A stretch of DNA of 64,000 nucleotides. Origin: TPA_inf: Saccharomyces (lineage: Eukaryota). Shown one piece after another: positions 22,390 through 33,706 of the stretch. The stretch covers positions 160,001-224,000 of the forward strand of contig BK006941.2 in assembly GCA_000146045.2 (NCBI GenBank). The letters run 5' to 3'. Under the pieces are notes generated by a model. It did not search any database and was not told where the DNA came from. It saw only the letters and a list, made by a program, of their open reading frames with translations. Within the stretch, counting starts at the first letter, position 1. Each line of letters starts with the position of its first letter. The translations under genes and the position numbers were made by a program.

Positions 22390-24084
22390 ATGGATATTTT
22401 TAGAGTATTAACTAGAGGAGCTTCCGTGAAGAAAGAGTCAGGCCCAAAGGCTAAGGCAGCAGATTACAGCGTTATAAATGGAAATGATGAGAATCATAAG
22501 GAAGATAATAATGAAAGCCAGATCGTGAAAGAACTTGATTTCTTTCGAAACAAGAGAATCATTAGCAAGGTAGAGGATGATAGAGAGAAGACAACCGAAA
22601 ACGATTCTCCAAACAAAGAGGAGAAGAGCGGCAATGATGATGGTCTGATAAAACCAGTGATTACCAATACCGTTGAGGCATCCGCGTTGAGAAAATCATA
22701 TAAGGGAAACGTGTCGGGTATAGATATACCACTTCCAATAGGTTCGTTTGAAGATTTAATTTCAAGGTTTTCATTCGATAAGCGTTTACTGAATAACTTG
22801 ATTGAAAACGGGTTTACTGAGCCTACCCCAATTCAATGTGAATGTATTCCTGTTGCTTTGAATAATAGAGACGTTTTGGCATGTGGTCCCACAGGGTCTG
22901 GTAAGACGTTAGCATTCTTAATTCCGCTGGTTCAGCAGATTATTGATGACAAGCAAACTGCAGGGTTGAAAGGGTTAATCATTTCGCCTACAAAGGAATT
23001 AGCGAACCAAATTTTTATTGAATGTTTTAAGCTATCTTACAAGATATTTTTGGAGAAAAAAAGGCCTCTGCAAGTTGCACTCTTATCTAAATCTTTAGGC
23101 GCTAAATTGAAAAACAAGGTAGTTAGTGATAAGAAATATGATATAATCATTTCTACCCCATTAAGACTAATCGATGTTGTGAAAAACGAAGCTCTCGATC
23201 TCTCCAAAGTTAAGCATTTGATATTTGATGAAGCTGATAAATTGTTTGACAAAACATTCGTTGAACAGAGTGACGATATTTTGAGCGCCTGTAGAGAGCC
23301 ATCGTTGCGTAAAGCGATGTTTTCTGCGACCATTCCATCCAATGTAGAAGAGATTGCACAAAGTATAATGATGGATCCTGTTAGAGTTATTATTGGCCAC
23401 AAGGAAGCAGCAAATACAAATATTGAACAAAAATTAATATTTTGTGGTAATGAAGAGGGTAAACTAATTGCTATTAGACAACTCGTTCAAGAGGGTGAGT
23501 TCAAGCCACCGATCATAATATTTTTAGAGTCTATTACAAGAGCAAAAGCGTTATATCATGAATTGATGTACGATAGGATTAACGTAGATGTGATTCATGC
23601 AGAAAGAACAGCCTTACAAAGAGACAGGATTATTGAACGATTTAAAACTGGTGAATTATGGTGTTTGATCTGTACCGACGTTTTAGCTCGTGGTATTGAC
23701 TTCAAAGGTGTCAATCTGGTCATCAATTATGACGTTCCAGGATCGTCTCAGGCTTATGTTCACAGAATTGGTAGAACAGGTAGAGGTGGGCGGTCAGGTA
23801 AAGCTATCACATTCTATACTAAACAAGACTCAGTAGCTATTAAACCAATAATAAATGTCATGAAACAAAGTGGTTGTGAAGTATCTGAGTGGATGGATAA
23901 AATGGCTAAAATGACCAGAAAGGAGAAAGAAAGTATAAAAAACGGTAAAGCGCATAAAGAAAGAAAGCAGATTACTACTGTGCCTAAGATGGATAAGGCC
24001 AAAAGAAGACGTCAACAAGAAATGATTGCAGCATCCAAAAGAAGAAAAAATGAAGAACTTTCAAAAAAACATTTCTCGAAATAA
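22390..24084 (+). CDS. ROK1: DEAD-box ATP-dependent RNA helicase Rok1 (18S rRNA processing), 564 aa
   Basis: Helicase motifs: Q, GSGKT, PTRELA-like, DEAD (FDEADKLF), [11 protein letters not shown]. Confidence 0.93.
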   Translation: MDIFRVLTRGASVKKESGPKAKAADYSVINGNDENHKEDNNESQIVKELDFFRNKRIISKVEDDREKTTENDSPNKEEKSGNDDGLIKPVITNTVEASALRKSYKGNVSGIDIPLPIGSFEDLISRFSFDKRLLNNLIENGFTEPTPIQCECIPVALNNRDVLACGPTGSGKTLAFLIPLVQQIIDDKQTAGLKGLIISPTKELANQIFIECFKLSYKIFLEKKRPLQVALLSKSLGAKLKNKVVSDKKYDIIISTPLRLIDVVKNEALDLSKVKHLIFDEADKLFDKTFVEQSDDILSACREPSLRKAMFSATIPSNVEEIAQSIMMDPVRVIIGHKEAANTNIEQKLIFCGNEEGKLIAIRQLVQEGEFKPPIIIFLESITRAKALYHELMYDRINVDVIHAERTALQRDRIIERFKTGELWCLICTDVLARGIDFKGVNLVINYDVPGSSQAYVHRIGRTGRGGRSGKAITFYTKQDSVAIKPIINVMKQSGCEVSEWMDKMAKMTRKEKESIKNGKAHKERKQITTVPKMDKAKRRRQQEMIAASKRRKNEELSKKHFSK

Positions 24085-24152
24085 TATAAACAAACGTGCG
24101 TATGCAAGACATGTATATATGATTAGTAGTTTTTTTTATTTACTTTCATTGA

Positions 24153-25394
24153 TCAATTACGTGACCAGCTATACATTTCTTCATTACTTCTTCTGGGCAT
24201 TCTATTTAAATCGATATTTCCAAACGACTTTGTCATTGCTGCATAACCCTTTTGATAACTATCGTTTAACCCCACACCTCTGTAAGATTTCGATTCCACT
24301 CCATTATGTATATTTCTTCCAGAGTTAAAATGCTGCTTGTAATCTGAATTTTTTCTCTGGAATAGAAGTTCATTTTGATTTTCAAATGACATAAAAGGTT
24401 TTGTTTGATGTATATTGTTAGGGTGGAAAAAATAGGGTGTTCCACCAGTTATGGAGTTTTGTAGTTCTGCTTTTTCTCCCCAAAAATTTGATGTATTGGA
24501 CGTGAAATCATAGGTTTCCTCGAAAGACTTTCCGTTTCTTTTCAATCCTAATGGGGGAGAAGGGCGGTTATCTATTGGCAAAAGTGGATTTCTAAAATCC
24601 CTAATGGAAGGTAAATTTTGACTTTCAGGTTGATTGGAGAATCTACGAACTGCTAGCTCTCTATTTAGCAAAGAGTTTTCTTGCATATGAAAGAAGTTTA
24701 AATCATTCAAAAGTTCCCCCAAAATTTTGAGCTCATATTCTTCATCCAAGTCAATATCTCTGTATTCCAAGAATTTCTTTTGCATTTGAACTGCGTCGTC
24801 AAAAAATGGAACACTTGACAAGCAAATGTCAATCTCTTTTTTAATGTATGTAAGCAAGTTGGTTTTTAGAAAACTCACCTCTAATTGTGTTTTGGTAAAC
24901 GCTGTTGTGGCAGCTGAATACTCGGTTGGAGCTGAATTTGGCCTCTGTCCCTTGTATGGTGAAGTGGAAATATTCAATTCCATGACCGGTTCCTTTATTT
25001 CTTCTAATCCGCTTGTAAAATGAAAGGGCTGCATGTGTTTAGTTTTGTAACCTTCTGTATTACACCAAAAACTTTCCCAATTTTTAAATTGACACTCTTT
25101 CAAGCTTGGACTAGAGTCCGGAGCCAGTTTTAAGCCATCATTAAAATCGTCCGTGTGTTCAGATCTTTCGTGTATATCTTTATTTTCATGGAATATGTTG
25201 CTTGCAGTCCCCATTTTAGATGACTTTTCTTCATCTTTTTGGGACTTCTGTTTTACTGGACTATTTCTTTTACTTTCCTTACTAGTATTGCCATCTTCTT
25301 GAGAATCCATGTTAGGATACGCAGGCAAATCTGAATGGATGTTATTTGGAAAGTTTTCCTTTTCTAATCCATTTAAAAGAGTGCCAGCTCCCAT
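24153..25394 (-). CDS. SPO74: Meiotic spindle-pole-body outer plaque component Spo74, 413 aa from the first ATG
   Basis: The ORF identity, its position between ROK1 and SUA5, and its length match SPO74 (YGL170C). The upstream-most M in the track is a GTG codon. Confidence 0.85.
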   Translation of the reverse strand: MGAGTLLNGLEKENFPNNIHSDLPAYPNMDSQEDGNTSKESKRNSPVKQKSQKDEEKSSKMGTASNIFHENKDIHERSEHTDDFNDGLKLAPDSSPSLKECQFKNWESFWCNTEGYKTKHMQPFHFTSGLEEIKEPVMELNISTSPYKGQRPNSAPTEYSAATTAFTKTQLEVSFLKTNLLTYIKKEIDICLSSVPFFDDAVQMQKKFLEYRDIDLDEEYELKILGELLNDLNFFHMQENSLLNRELAVRRFSNQPESQNLPSIRDFRNPLLPIDNRPSPPLGLKRNGKSFEETYDFTSNTSNFWGEKAELQNSITGGTPYFFHPNNIHQTKPFMSFENQNELLFQRKNSDYKQHFNSGRNIHNGVESKSYRGVGLNDSYQKGYAAMTKSFGNIDLNRMPRRSNEEMYSWSRN

Positions 25395-25506
25395 CACTCA
25401 ACCAATTCAGCTCTTTCCTTGCCAATACAACATAACCGGGAAGAGTTTCAAGTTTGACTTCCAACTAAATACCTAATGTTTTATTGTTGTTATTTATATT
25501 TCTTGT

Positions 25507-25515
25507 GACACAAAA
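25507..25515 (+). promoter_or_regulatory. Middle sporulation element (MSE, gNCRCAAAW) GACACAAAA, about 115 bp upstream of the SPO74 ATG
   Basis: Exact match to the Ndt80-binding MSE consensus. SPO74 is a mid-sporulation gene. Confidence 0.55.
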
Positions 25516-25713
25516 GAGAACATTGATGTCATTTGAGCCTTATCGTTGGAAAGGATAAATAAGCGGTTTAAAAGGATAAAAGAAGCGCAAGCAACAAATC
25601 TCAACACAAGTGTAAACCATATGAATGGGGTTAAATGCCTTCTTCTTTGAGATATAAAAAGGAAGTAGAATTTAATATATTAGACATTTTTTTGATTTGA
25701 GCCTAAAAAAGAT

Positions 25714-25786
25714 AGCCCTGTAGGGGGCTCGAACCCCTAACCTTATGATTAAGAGTCATACGCGCTACCGATTGCGCCAACAAGGC
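25714..25786 (-). tRNA. tK(CUU): tRNA-Lys (anticodon CUU), 73 nt, no intron
   Basis: The reverse complement reads GCCTTGTTGGCGCAATCGGTAGCGCGTATGACTCTTAATCATAAGGTTAGGGGTTCGAGCCCCCTACAGGGCT. It has an A box, a B box (GGTTCGAGCCC) and a CTT anticodon in the loop, and it is followed by a T6 Pol III terminator on the coding strand (25701-25713). Confidence 0.93.
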
Positions 25787-26058
25787 TATTTCGTTGAAAA
25801 ATTCAGGCTTCAAAATTATTATATGTATCAAAAATATTTTTTTGAGAAATTTCAAATCATTATCTACGCTAGCCTTACTATTTTTTCACCCAGAAGATAG
25901 TAACCTCATCGCACATACCTATTGAAGCTGATAATATTTGAAGCGAGAGCTTTATTCTTCTCCTCAAATTTTTTTTTTCTTCTGCGCTGTTAACTTACCA
26001 CTAAACCTGTTTCCATTTTTAATGGTAGTCCTGTTTATTATTCCATTTTTAGAATTGT

Positions 26059-27339
26059 ATGTACCTTGGACGACATTTTTTGGCAATGACATCGAAAGCA
26101 CTGTTTGATACCAAGATCTTAAAAGTTAACCCGCTATCAATCATTTTCTCCCCTGATGCGCATATAGATGGTTCCTTACCAACGATAACAGATCCTGAAA
26201 CGGAAGCAGCGCTAGTTGAAGCGGCGAGGATAATAAGAGATACAGATGAGACTGTGGCTTTTCCAACCGAAACTGTTTATGGTCTTGGAGGTTCTGCTTT
26301 AAATGATAATTCAGTGCTTAGTATATACAGGGCCAAAAATAGGCCTAGTGACAATCCTTTGATTACACATGTTTCATCCATTGATCAACTTAACAGAAAG
26401 GTCTTTAATCAACCGCATCTATCAGGTACATCCTTGTTTGATAACATACCCTCAATCTATCGCCCATTAATTTCAAGCCTTTGGCCTGGCCCATTAACAA
26501 TTCTTTTGCCAGTTCCATCTTCAGAGCATAGTGCATTATCAAAGTTAACGACCGCAGATCAGCCTACGTTTGCGGTACGCATACCCGCTAATCCAGTGGC
26601 TAGAGCACTGATTGCCCTGAGCGATACACCAATAGCTGCTCCTTCAGCGAATGCGTCTACTAGGCCATCTCCTACTTTAGCGTCTCATGTTTATCATGAT
26701 CTAAAGGATAAAATTCCCATAATTCTTGATGGCGGAGCGTGCAAGGTTGGTGTAGAAAGTACTGTTGTTGATGGGTTATGTAATCCTCCTACGCTACTGC
26801 GACCTGGCGGTTTTACATATGAAGAAATTGTTAAATTGGGTGGTGAAGCTTGGTCTCTTTGTAAAGTTGAGAATAAGAAAACAGTTGAAAAGGGCGAAAA
26901 GGTAAGAACGCCTGGTATGAAGTATAGACACTATTCCCCTTCAGCTAAAGTTGTTTTACTAGTTCCTCATTGCGAAGGCGATGGCATTCTTAAGGGCGTT
27001 GATAGGATGGAAAGATTAAAGAGGTTAATCGAAACGGAATTAAAAGCCAACAGTAATATAAAAAAAATTGCGATTTTAACTTCCCTAAAATTACGTGATT
27101 CCGACTTACAATCTAAGATCTTTAATGAACCCGATTTTTCTTCGAAAACTTTCATCATCGAAAGACTTGGCCAATCTGGTGAAGAAATACAGACTAACTT
27201 GTTTGCAGCTTTAAGAAAAGTGGATGAAAATGATAAAGTAGACCTAATATTTGTCGAAGGTATAAATGAGGAAGGAGAAGGATTAGCTGTTATGAACAGA
27301 TTGCGAAAGGCGGCTGCAAATAATTGTATACAGTTTTAA
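26059..27339 (+). CDS. SUA5: Threonylcarbamoyl-AMP synthase Sua5 (YrdC/Sua5 family, t6A biosynthesis), 426 aa
   Basis: YrdC domain ([14 protein letters not shown]) plus a Sua5 C-terminal domain. It starts with a true ATG. Confidence 0.92.
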
Positions 27340-27615
27340 ATAAAACTGTGATTAACTTTTGAAAATCATAACCACTGATTACGGAGATTTTATATCTAGT
27401 CCGGAAAAAGAAGGAAAGAATAAAATTTTATATTGCTTTGTATATACGAAAAGTCGCCCATACATGTTTATCTTAGTATCCGTTGTAAATATATGTACAT
27501 ATATACATCTACATATGTTCCCATTAATTAGTACATTTACCTCAATAGGGTTGGGCGTCCTCATGAAAGATAAAGGGAAGGAAGGAAAAACGATAAAAGC
27601 ACAAAATGTGACATA

Positions 27616-30468
27616 TCAAACATTTGAGAAATACGTTGAGTCTTCTTCATTCTTTTTCCTCGTCCACAATTTTCTCAATTCATCAACGATGAAAACGCTA
27701 CTGCTGATGAGCAATAACAATAGTATATCAGAGATACCAAGTTTCTCAGTTTTAAAGATACTTTGGAAAAATGGTATATATATAGCGCACATTTGACCTA
27801 ACAGAGACAGTCCAACGGCGTAGTTGAACATTTTGTTCGTGAAAAAGCCGATTTCGAAGATTGACTTTGTGTTATGTCTGCAGGCCAAAGCATTAAACAT
27901 ATCAAAAAAAACAAAACAAGTAAATGTCATAGTAGTATCTCTAGCAGTTACTTTACCATCTTCGGCCATCTCTTTAACAAAAATGTAAACTGTCCCAACG
28001 ATGATACAGGCCGCGGTGGTTAGTAAACGTTTCATTACATCATGGGTCAAAATTTTATCGGTACGTTTTCTTGGAGGTTTTTTCATAACTTCATGATCAA
28101 CAGGTTCCACACCTAAGGATTGAGCTGGTGGCCCATCCATTAAAATATTTATCCAAAGAATTTGCATTGCGTTCAGTGGATTGGGTAGTTTAAACGCTGT
28201 AGATAGTGCAACTAATGATAGTGCGGCAACAGAAGTAGACAATTGAAAAGTCAGGAAATTCTGAATATTATTAAAGATACCTTTACCCTCTTCAATGGCA
28301 GTTAAAATAGTACTGAAGTCATCATCAGTTAAGACCATATCTGAGGCTTCTTTGGCTACATCTGTACCAATTCTACCCATAGAAACACCAATATCTGAAA
28401 GTTTCAACGCAGGAGCGTCGTTAACACCATCACCAGTCATTGCTACCACATCACCCCTCTTTCTTAATGCACGAACAATGTTTAACTTATGCTCAGGCGT
28501 AGCACGAGCAAAAATATTAACGTGGTCGATGACATTGGCCAGTTGATCATCTGACATTTCATCTAATTTATCACCGGATAAAACGGAAAGCTTTGGATCA
28601 ATAACTGGAATACCAATTTGTTTTGCAATGTTTACTGCGGTATTCTCAGAATCACCAGTGATCATAATAATATGGACACCACCTTGTAGTAATTGTTCGA
28701 TGGCAAATTTAACGTTCGGTCTTGGTGGGTCATTCATACCGATTAAACCAGTAAAGGTTAAATCTTTGATTAGGTCTTCGGTTAGAGGAGTTGATGAATC
28801 AGACAAAGTTAGTTTAGCAAATCCAAAGACACGCAAACCTTCAGATGCCATAGAATTTGCGCACTCATTTATCGTAGCTTTTTGGGCTTCAGTCAACTTT
28901 TCAGTTTTTTTACCCTTTGATTTCAAATAACTTGTGGAGTACTCAAGAATTCTTTCAAATGCACCTTTAACATAAACTGTACACTTATTGTCGACAGGGT
29001 TGAGAATCTTGGTTGCCATTAATTTTCTTTTCGAGTTAAATGGAAGTTCCTGAACTTTTTGAACGGTGTTTCTGATATCAGGCATTTCAAAGTTTGCCAA
29101 TTGCTCTAAAAGAGCTACATCAGTAGGATTTCCCAGAAATATGGCATGTTCTTGAGAGAAAGATGCATTATTACAGAGATTACCGATAGTTAGAGTTTCC
29201 CTAACGTCTTCAGTCAAATAGTTTTTCAAATTTCCATTAGAATTTTTAGTCTTCTTATTTTTGTCTAATGAGAGGACGTTTAGCTTATTGGACATACTGT
29301 CCAAGCACCAAAGTTTAGATACGGTCATGTGGTTTGAGGTTAGTGTACCTGTTTTGTCGGAGCAGATAACGTTGACAGAGCCTAAAGTTTCGACACTTGG
29401 TAACCTTCTCACGATGGCTTTACGCTTGGCCATTCTCAGAACACCCAATGCCAAAGTAACAGTGACAATAATTGGTAACCCTTCTGGAATAGCAGCAACC
29501 GCTAAGGATACCGATATTTGGAACATTTCTAACCAAGATCTACCTTGTATGATACCAACTAAACAAATCATACCAATAACTATGAAGCTAACCAGTGACA
29601 AGTCCTTTCCCAATTTGTCCATTGTTAACTGCAATGGAGTCTTCGGTTTTTCAATATTATTCATCATTTCAAAAACGGCACCAAAGGATGTGTTTGTACC
29701 TGTTCCTACGACGATACCCTTACCATGACCTTCCTTGACTAATGTACCCATATAAGCTATACAAGATCTCTCAGAAATCGGTACAATTGAATTAGGCTGA
29801 TCGTTAAAGGAAGATTTTTCGATCGTTTGTGAGGTTTTATGTACCGGTTCATTTTCACCAGTTAAATTACTTTCATCGATGGATAAATCGATTGCTTCAA
29901 TAATTCTAATGTCTGCGGGGATTCTGTCACCTATTCTGAAGTGCACTAAATCACCAGGAACCAAGGTGGAAGCCAGTACATGACTCTCTTGACCACATCT
30001 CATTAAGTGACATTCAGCAGGAACCAATTTATTCAACGCTTCTAGAGATTTTTCAGACCTATATTCTTGGACAAAACCGACAGTGACAACTATGAAAATG
30101 GCCAGTGTGATACTAACAGCATCATCAATGTTACCCATAAAAAGAGAGACCACTGCGGATCCTATTAAAAGTAGAATCATTCGATCCTCAATGAAATTTG
30201 ACAAGAACTTCTTGAAAAGACTTTCATCATCTTCTACGGTTATTTCATTGGGGCCATAAAGTGATCTCCTATTGTTGGCCTCGTTAGATGATCGTAAACC
30301 ACCGTTTTTGTCAGTGTCCAGTTTTTCTAGAGCTTCGTCCACGGATAAAGTACAATACTCTAAAGAAGGGCTTGGTTTCGAAAGGGCCTCTGCTGTGGCA
30401 TCTAGTATTTCTCTCTCACGGTTTGAGTCCTCGTCAAGAAGACTCGCATTAAATGGATTGTCACTCAT
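27616..30468 (-). CDS. PMR1: Golgi Ca2+/Mn2+ P-type ATPase Pmr1, 950 aa
   Basis: P-type ATPase motifs: ICSDKTGTLT, TGDGVNDAPALK, MITGD, with about 10 transmembrane segments. Confidence 0.95.
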   Translation of the reverse strand: MSDNPFNASLLDEDSNREREILDATAEALSKPSPSLEYCTLSVDEALEKLDTDKNGGLRSSNEANNRRSLYGPNEITVEDDESLFKKFLSNFIEDRMILLLIGSAVVSLFMGNIDDAVSITLAIFIVVTVGFVQEYRSEKSLEALNKLVPAECHLMRCGQESHVLASTLVPGDLVHFRIGDRIPADIRIIEAIDLSIDESNLTGENEPVHKTSQTIEKSSFNDQPNSIVPISERSCIAYMGTLVKEGHGKGIVVGTGTNTSFGAVFEMMNNIEKPKTPLQLTMDKLGKDLSLVSFIVIGMICLVGIIQGRSWLEMFQISVSLAVAAIPEGLPIIVTVTLALGVLRMAKRKAIVRRLPSVETLGSVNVICSDKTGTLTSNHMTVSKLWCLDSMSNKLNVLSLDKNKKTKNSNGNLKNYLTEDVRETLTIGNLCNNASFSQEHAIFLGNPTDVALLEQLANFEMPDIRNTVQKVQELPFNSKRKLMATKILNPVDNKCTVYVKGAFERILEYSTSYLKSKGKKTEKLTEAQKATINECANSMASEGLRVFGFAKLTLSDSSTPLTEDLIKDLTFTGLIGMNDPPRPNVKFAIEQLLQGGVHIIMITGDSENTAVNIAKQIGIPVIDPKLSVLSGDKLDEMSDDQLANVIDHVNIFARATPEHKLNIVRALRKRGDVVAMTGDGVNDAPALKLSDIGVSMGRIGTDVAKEASDMVLTDDDFSTILTAIEEGKGIFNNIQNFLTFQLSTSVAALSLVALSTAFKLPNPLNAMQILWINILMDGPPAQSLGVEPVDHEVMKKPPRKRTDKILTHDVMKRLLTTAACIIVGTVYIFVKEMAEDGKVTARDTTMTFTCFVFFDMFNALACRHNTKSIFEIGFFTNKMFNYAVGLSLLGQMCAIYIPFFQSIFKTEKLGISDILLLLLISSSVFIVDELRKLWTRKKNEEDSTYFSNV

Positions 30469-31128
30469 AATTATCTTATCTTTTACTTACACTTAAGCTT
30501 ACGTCTGTGCTGGCCTTGCTTCGTCTTGTCTTGCCCAGTCGTAAGGATATTATTATAGTTACTAGTATTGTTATAAATGGGAATGGAAAGAACGGGGCGA
30601 GCAAACACTATTATGATGGTGTAGAAAAAGAGGTTTTTCTATTAAGTGCTTGAAGGAAGGGCTATAGTGTACGATGGCCTAGGGAACAAGATCTCGATAT
30701 AACGATAGGTAGGGTCCACACTGTTAACAAAAAAAGTACTTCTTTAAATAGAGAATCTTGTCTTGATGTAACAAAATGAAAAAAAAAAAAAATGCAACTA
30801 GAATGTAGAATACAAAAGTTTAACGATCGGCTTTGCTGTTAAGTGGTTATCTAGGGATGAGCTGAACGTGCAATTGATACCAACCGATCCTTGCTAGGAA
30901 CGCAACTCTTTTCACCCACCTTCCACCACTACGATCGTGAAAGAATATTTGCTAAGAAAATCGCCAAAACGAGGCGAAGTCGCCAGGGTGCGCGGGCACG
31001 CAGGGTAAGAGCCGCAAGGCCTGGTTCGGTAAGTATTAAGCTGTGGACGAAATAGCAGTAGCCATGGCGATGTAATTTATTAGACGGCGGCTTGATAAAA
31101 GAGGACTGATAATCAGTGTATTCACAGA

Positions 31129-31806
31129 ATGGTCGTAATTAACGGGGTCAAATATGCCTGTGAAACGTGTATCAGGGGTCACAGGGCGGCGCAGTGTACT
31201 CACACTGATGGTCCGCTACAGATGATCAGACGCAAGGGAAGACCATCGACCACATGTGGCCATTGTAAAGAGCTGAGAAGAACCAAGAACTTCAACCCAT
31301 CCGGTGGGTGCATGTGTGCCTCTGCACGACGGCCAGCTGTTGGCAGCAAGGAAGATGAAACACGATGTCGTTGTGATGAGGGTGAACCTTGTAAATGTCA
31401 TACCAAGAGGAAAAGCAGCCGGAAATCAAAGGGAGGGTCATGCCACAGAAGGGCAAATGATGAAGCAGCGCATGTCAATGGTCTCGGTATTGCAGATCTG
31501 GACGTTCTTTTGGGCCTAAATGGTCGCTCGTCGGATGTAGACATGACAACCACATTGCCGAGTTTGAAGCCACCTCTGCAAAACGGAGAAATTAAGGCCG
31601 ACAGCATTGACAATCTTGATTTGGCTTCCCTCGATCCGCTTGAGCAAAGCCCTAGTATATCTATGGAACCTGTTAGTATCAATGAAACAGGAAGCGCATA
31701 TACAACTACGAACACAGCACTAAACGATATTGACATTCCATTCTCCATCAATGAGTTGAACGAGCTATACAAACAAGTATCTTCGCATAACTCACATTCA
31801 CAATAA
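31129..31806 (+). CDS. CUP2: Copper-binding transcription factor Cup2/Ace1, 225 aa
   Basis: The N-terminal copper-fist domain ([30 protein letters not shown]) and a Cys-rich Cu cluster region ([28 protein letters not shown]). Confidence 0.95.
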
Positions 31807-31977
31807 TGCATCTGGACATCTATATAAATATACATATACATATATTGGCGGTTGTTTGTTCTCCCGGCAAGCTGGCAGTCGGGCCGAGATTCGGATAAAT
31901 TTTTCCATTCGTATACATATACATAGATATATACAATTATAAAATTTGTCCAAGGCTGCACAGGATACGTAACCATC

Positions 31978-33300
31978 CTAAAGTTTTAGGTTTTTTAACT
32001 TTTTTTCTGTCTCTTCAATTGTCGAATTGCTTATTCTATCCTTTCTGGAGTTCGTATTTTCATCGTTCAAATATATAGATAACCTTTCATCACTCACTTC
32101 CAATATACTTTTCTGATCGTTACTTTGTAAGGACGTCAGCCGAATGATGTACTCCAGTAGTGTGATCGACGAATCCTTGTCCTCCAATTTATTTTCTTCT
32201 TCTTCTTCTTCCTTTCGTTCTTCTCCGTCTTTTCCTTCCTCTTCGTCCTCCTCTTCATCTTCCTCTTCATCTTCCTCTATCGCTTCATATCCGCTTACCG
32301 CATACCAAGTAATGTCATCGAGTAATCCCTTGTCTCCTTCACTGCTCTCATTTTCTTTGTCATCGCTCCGGTCAATCTTCAATACCAACACTGGAGAATC
32401 CTGTTCTTCTAATCGGAGAAGCTTACCGGAAACACTGAAAAACAGCTTCTTAATATGGTTCAGATCTATGGCAAGTTCCTGTGGTGTGTCTTCTTTGTCA
32501 TCATCCTCATGATATCTACCGTCATTGAAGTCTTGTTCTATTTTCATAAAATAATCATACTTTCTGCCTGTAGAGTTCAATCTATATATCCTTGCTTTTG
32601 CACGTTTCATATCCTCTTTCCAAACAATTCCTGATTGCCCATTGTTTTCTGAAGTTAGGTTATAGAAAATAGAGAATAGTGTAACCTCAAATGTAGGCCC
32701 CACTTGAACTTTTAGAATCTCCTTGTCACCTGTTCCTTTCTCATTACTCTTCATTGCCTTTTCATACTTTCTATTGTTCTCGCTAACGAAATCGGAGGCT
32801 TTTAATAATAAACCAGGAGAAAGTTGATATGGGAGTGCGCTGTTCAAGTTGGCACCAGAAGTGGTTAAAGAAAGATTAATGAATGGAGTGATTTCTTCGA
32901 TCCTCAATAGCAAGTCCTTTATATAGTTTTCTACCGCTTTAATAGCTTCATTCTGTGTTTTTGCGCTCCTGGAACCCTCAACTTTCTGCGTCATTTCGTT
33001 GATCTTCTCATCAAACCTATCAATCTCTTCTTTTAAATCCTTGGTTAACCTCAGAGTGATTTGCAAATTCGTGTTTCCCCTCGCCGCTACCAGCTTTATT
33101 AGGTCAATTGCACTGGATACAATAGCCATGCGGCTTTCCAGTTTAAATTTCAGTTGATCTATTCTTCTAGCATCATCCTTAGGAATCTGGACGACAAAGT
33201 TCGTTATTGTCTTTAGCGCATATGTGGATGCTATCGATATTCCGGATTTTATAGCAAATGTAACGGCTTGTGAACCTGCTTTGGCAAGAATTTCATCCAT
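31978..33300 (-). CDS. YRB30: RanGTP-binding protein Yrb30, 440 aa
   Basis: ORF matching the YGL164C position and length. It has a characteristic acidic Glu/Asp stretch near the C-terminus ([28 protein letters not shown]). Confidence 0.85.
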
Positions 33301-33706
33301 TCTCTTCAGATATTGGTGTTAGGTAATAGTTAAAGTTAATCCTTCTGAGAGTGTGAAACTGTATCAGATTTTTATTTCCCTGACAGCGTGAGATTTTCTT
33401 GCCATAATCTTTTTTGGCAGTTTCGGCTGGCACTTTACCACGATAAAACTGAAGATAATGAAAAATTTAAAAGCTAGCACAAGTATAATATGACATCGCT
33501 CAACTTTTTTTACCCTTAAGTTATACGATTATACTTTTTTGATTGAAATACATAGAGATATTTACCAATTTGGCCCCAATTTTCAATTGTTTATTACGTC
33601 TAAATATATATAACCATGCCCATCATTTAAAATAAATATGTAATGACCCCCCGACGATCGAATTCTACTTTTTGTTTTTGTTTTATAAGTACATGTATGT
33701 AAGAGA

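Noticed and set aside
28295-29728. Antisense ORFs of 83-155 aa inside PMR1 (28295-28546, 28628-28930, 29261-29728), and 30272-30496 overlapping the PMR1 5' end
   Set aside because: They are embedded opposite a conserved P-type ATPase CDS, have low-complexity composition and no recognisable domains. They look like typical spurious antisense frames. A dubious overlapping ORF (HUR1) is known at PMR1, but the sequence gives no independent support for coding.
31398-31976. A 192-aa minus-strand ORF overlapping the 3' half of CUP2, with its start abutting the YRB30 stop
   Set aside because: It overlaps the well-supported CUP2 CDS in antisense and has no domain. This corresponds to a dubious-ORF situation and is not a real gene.
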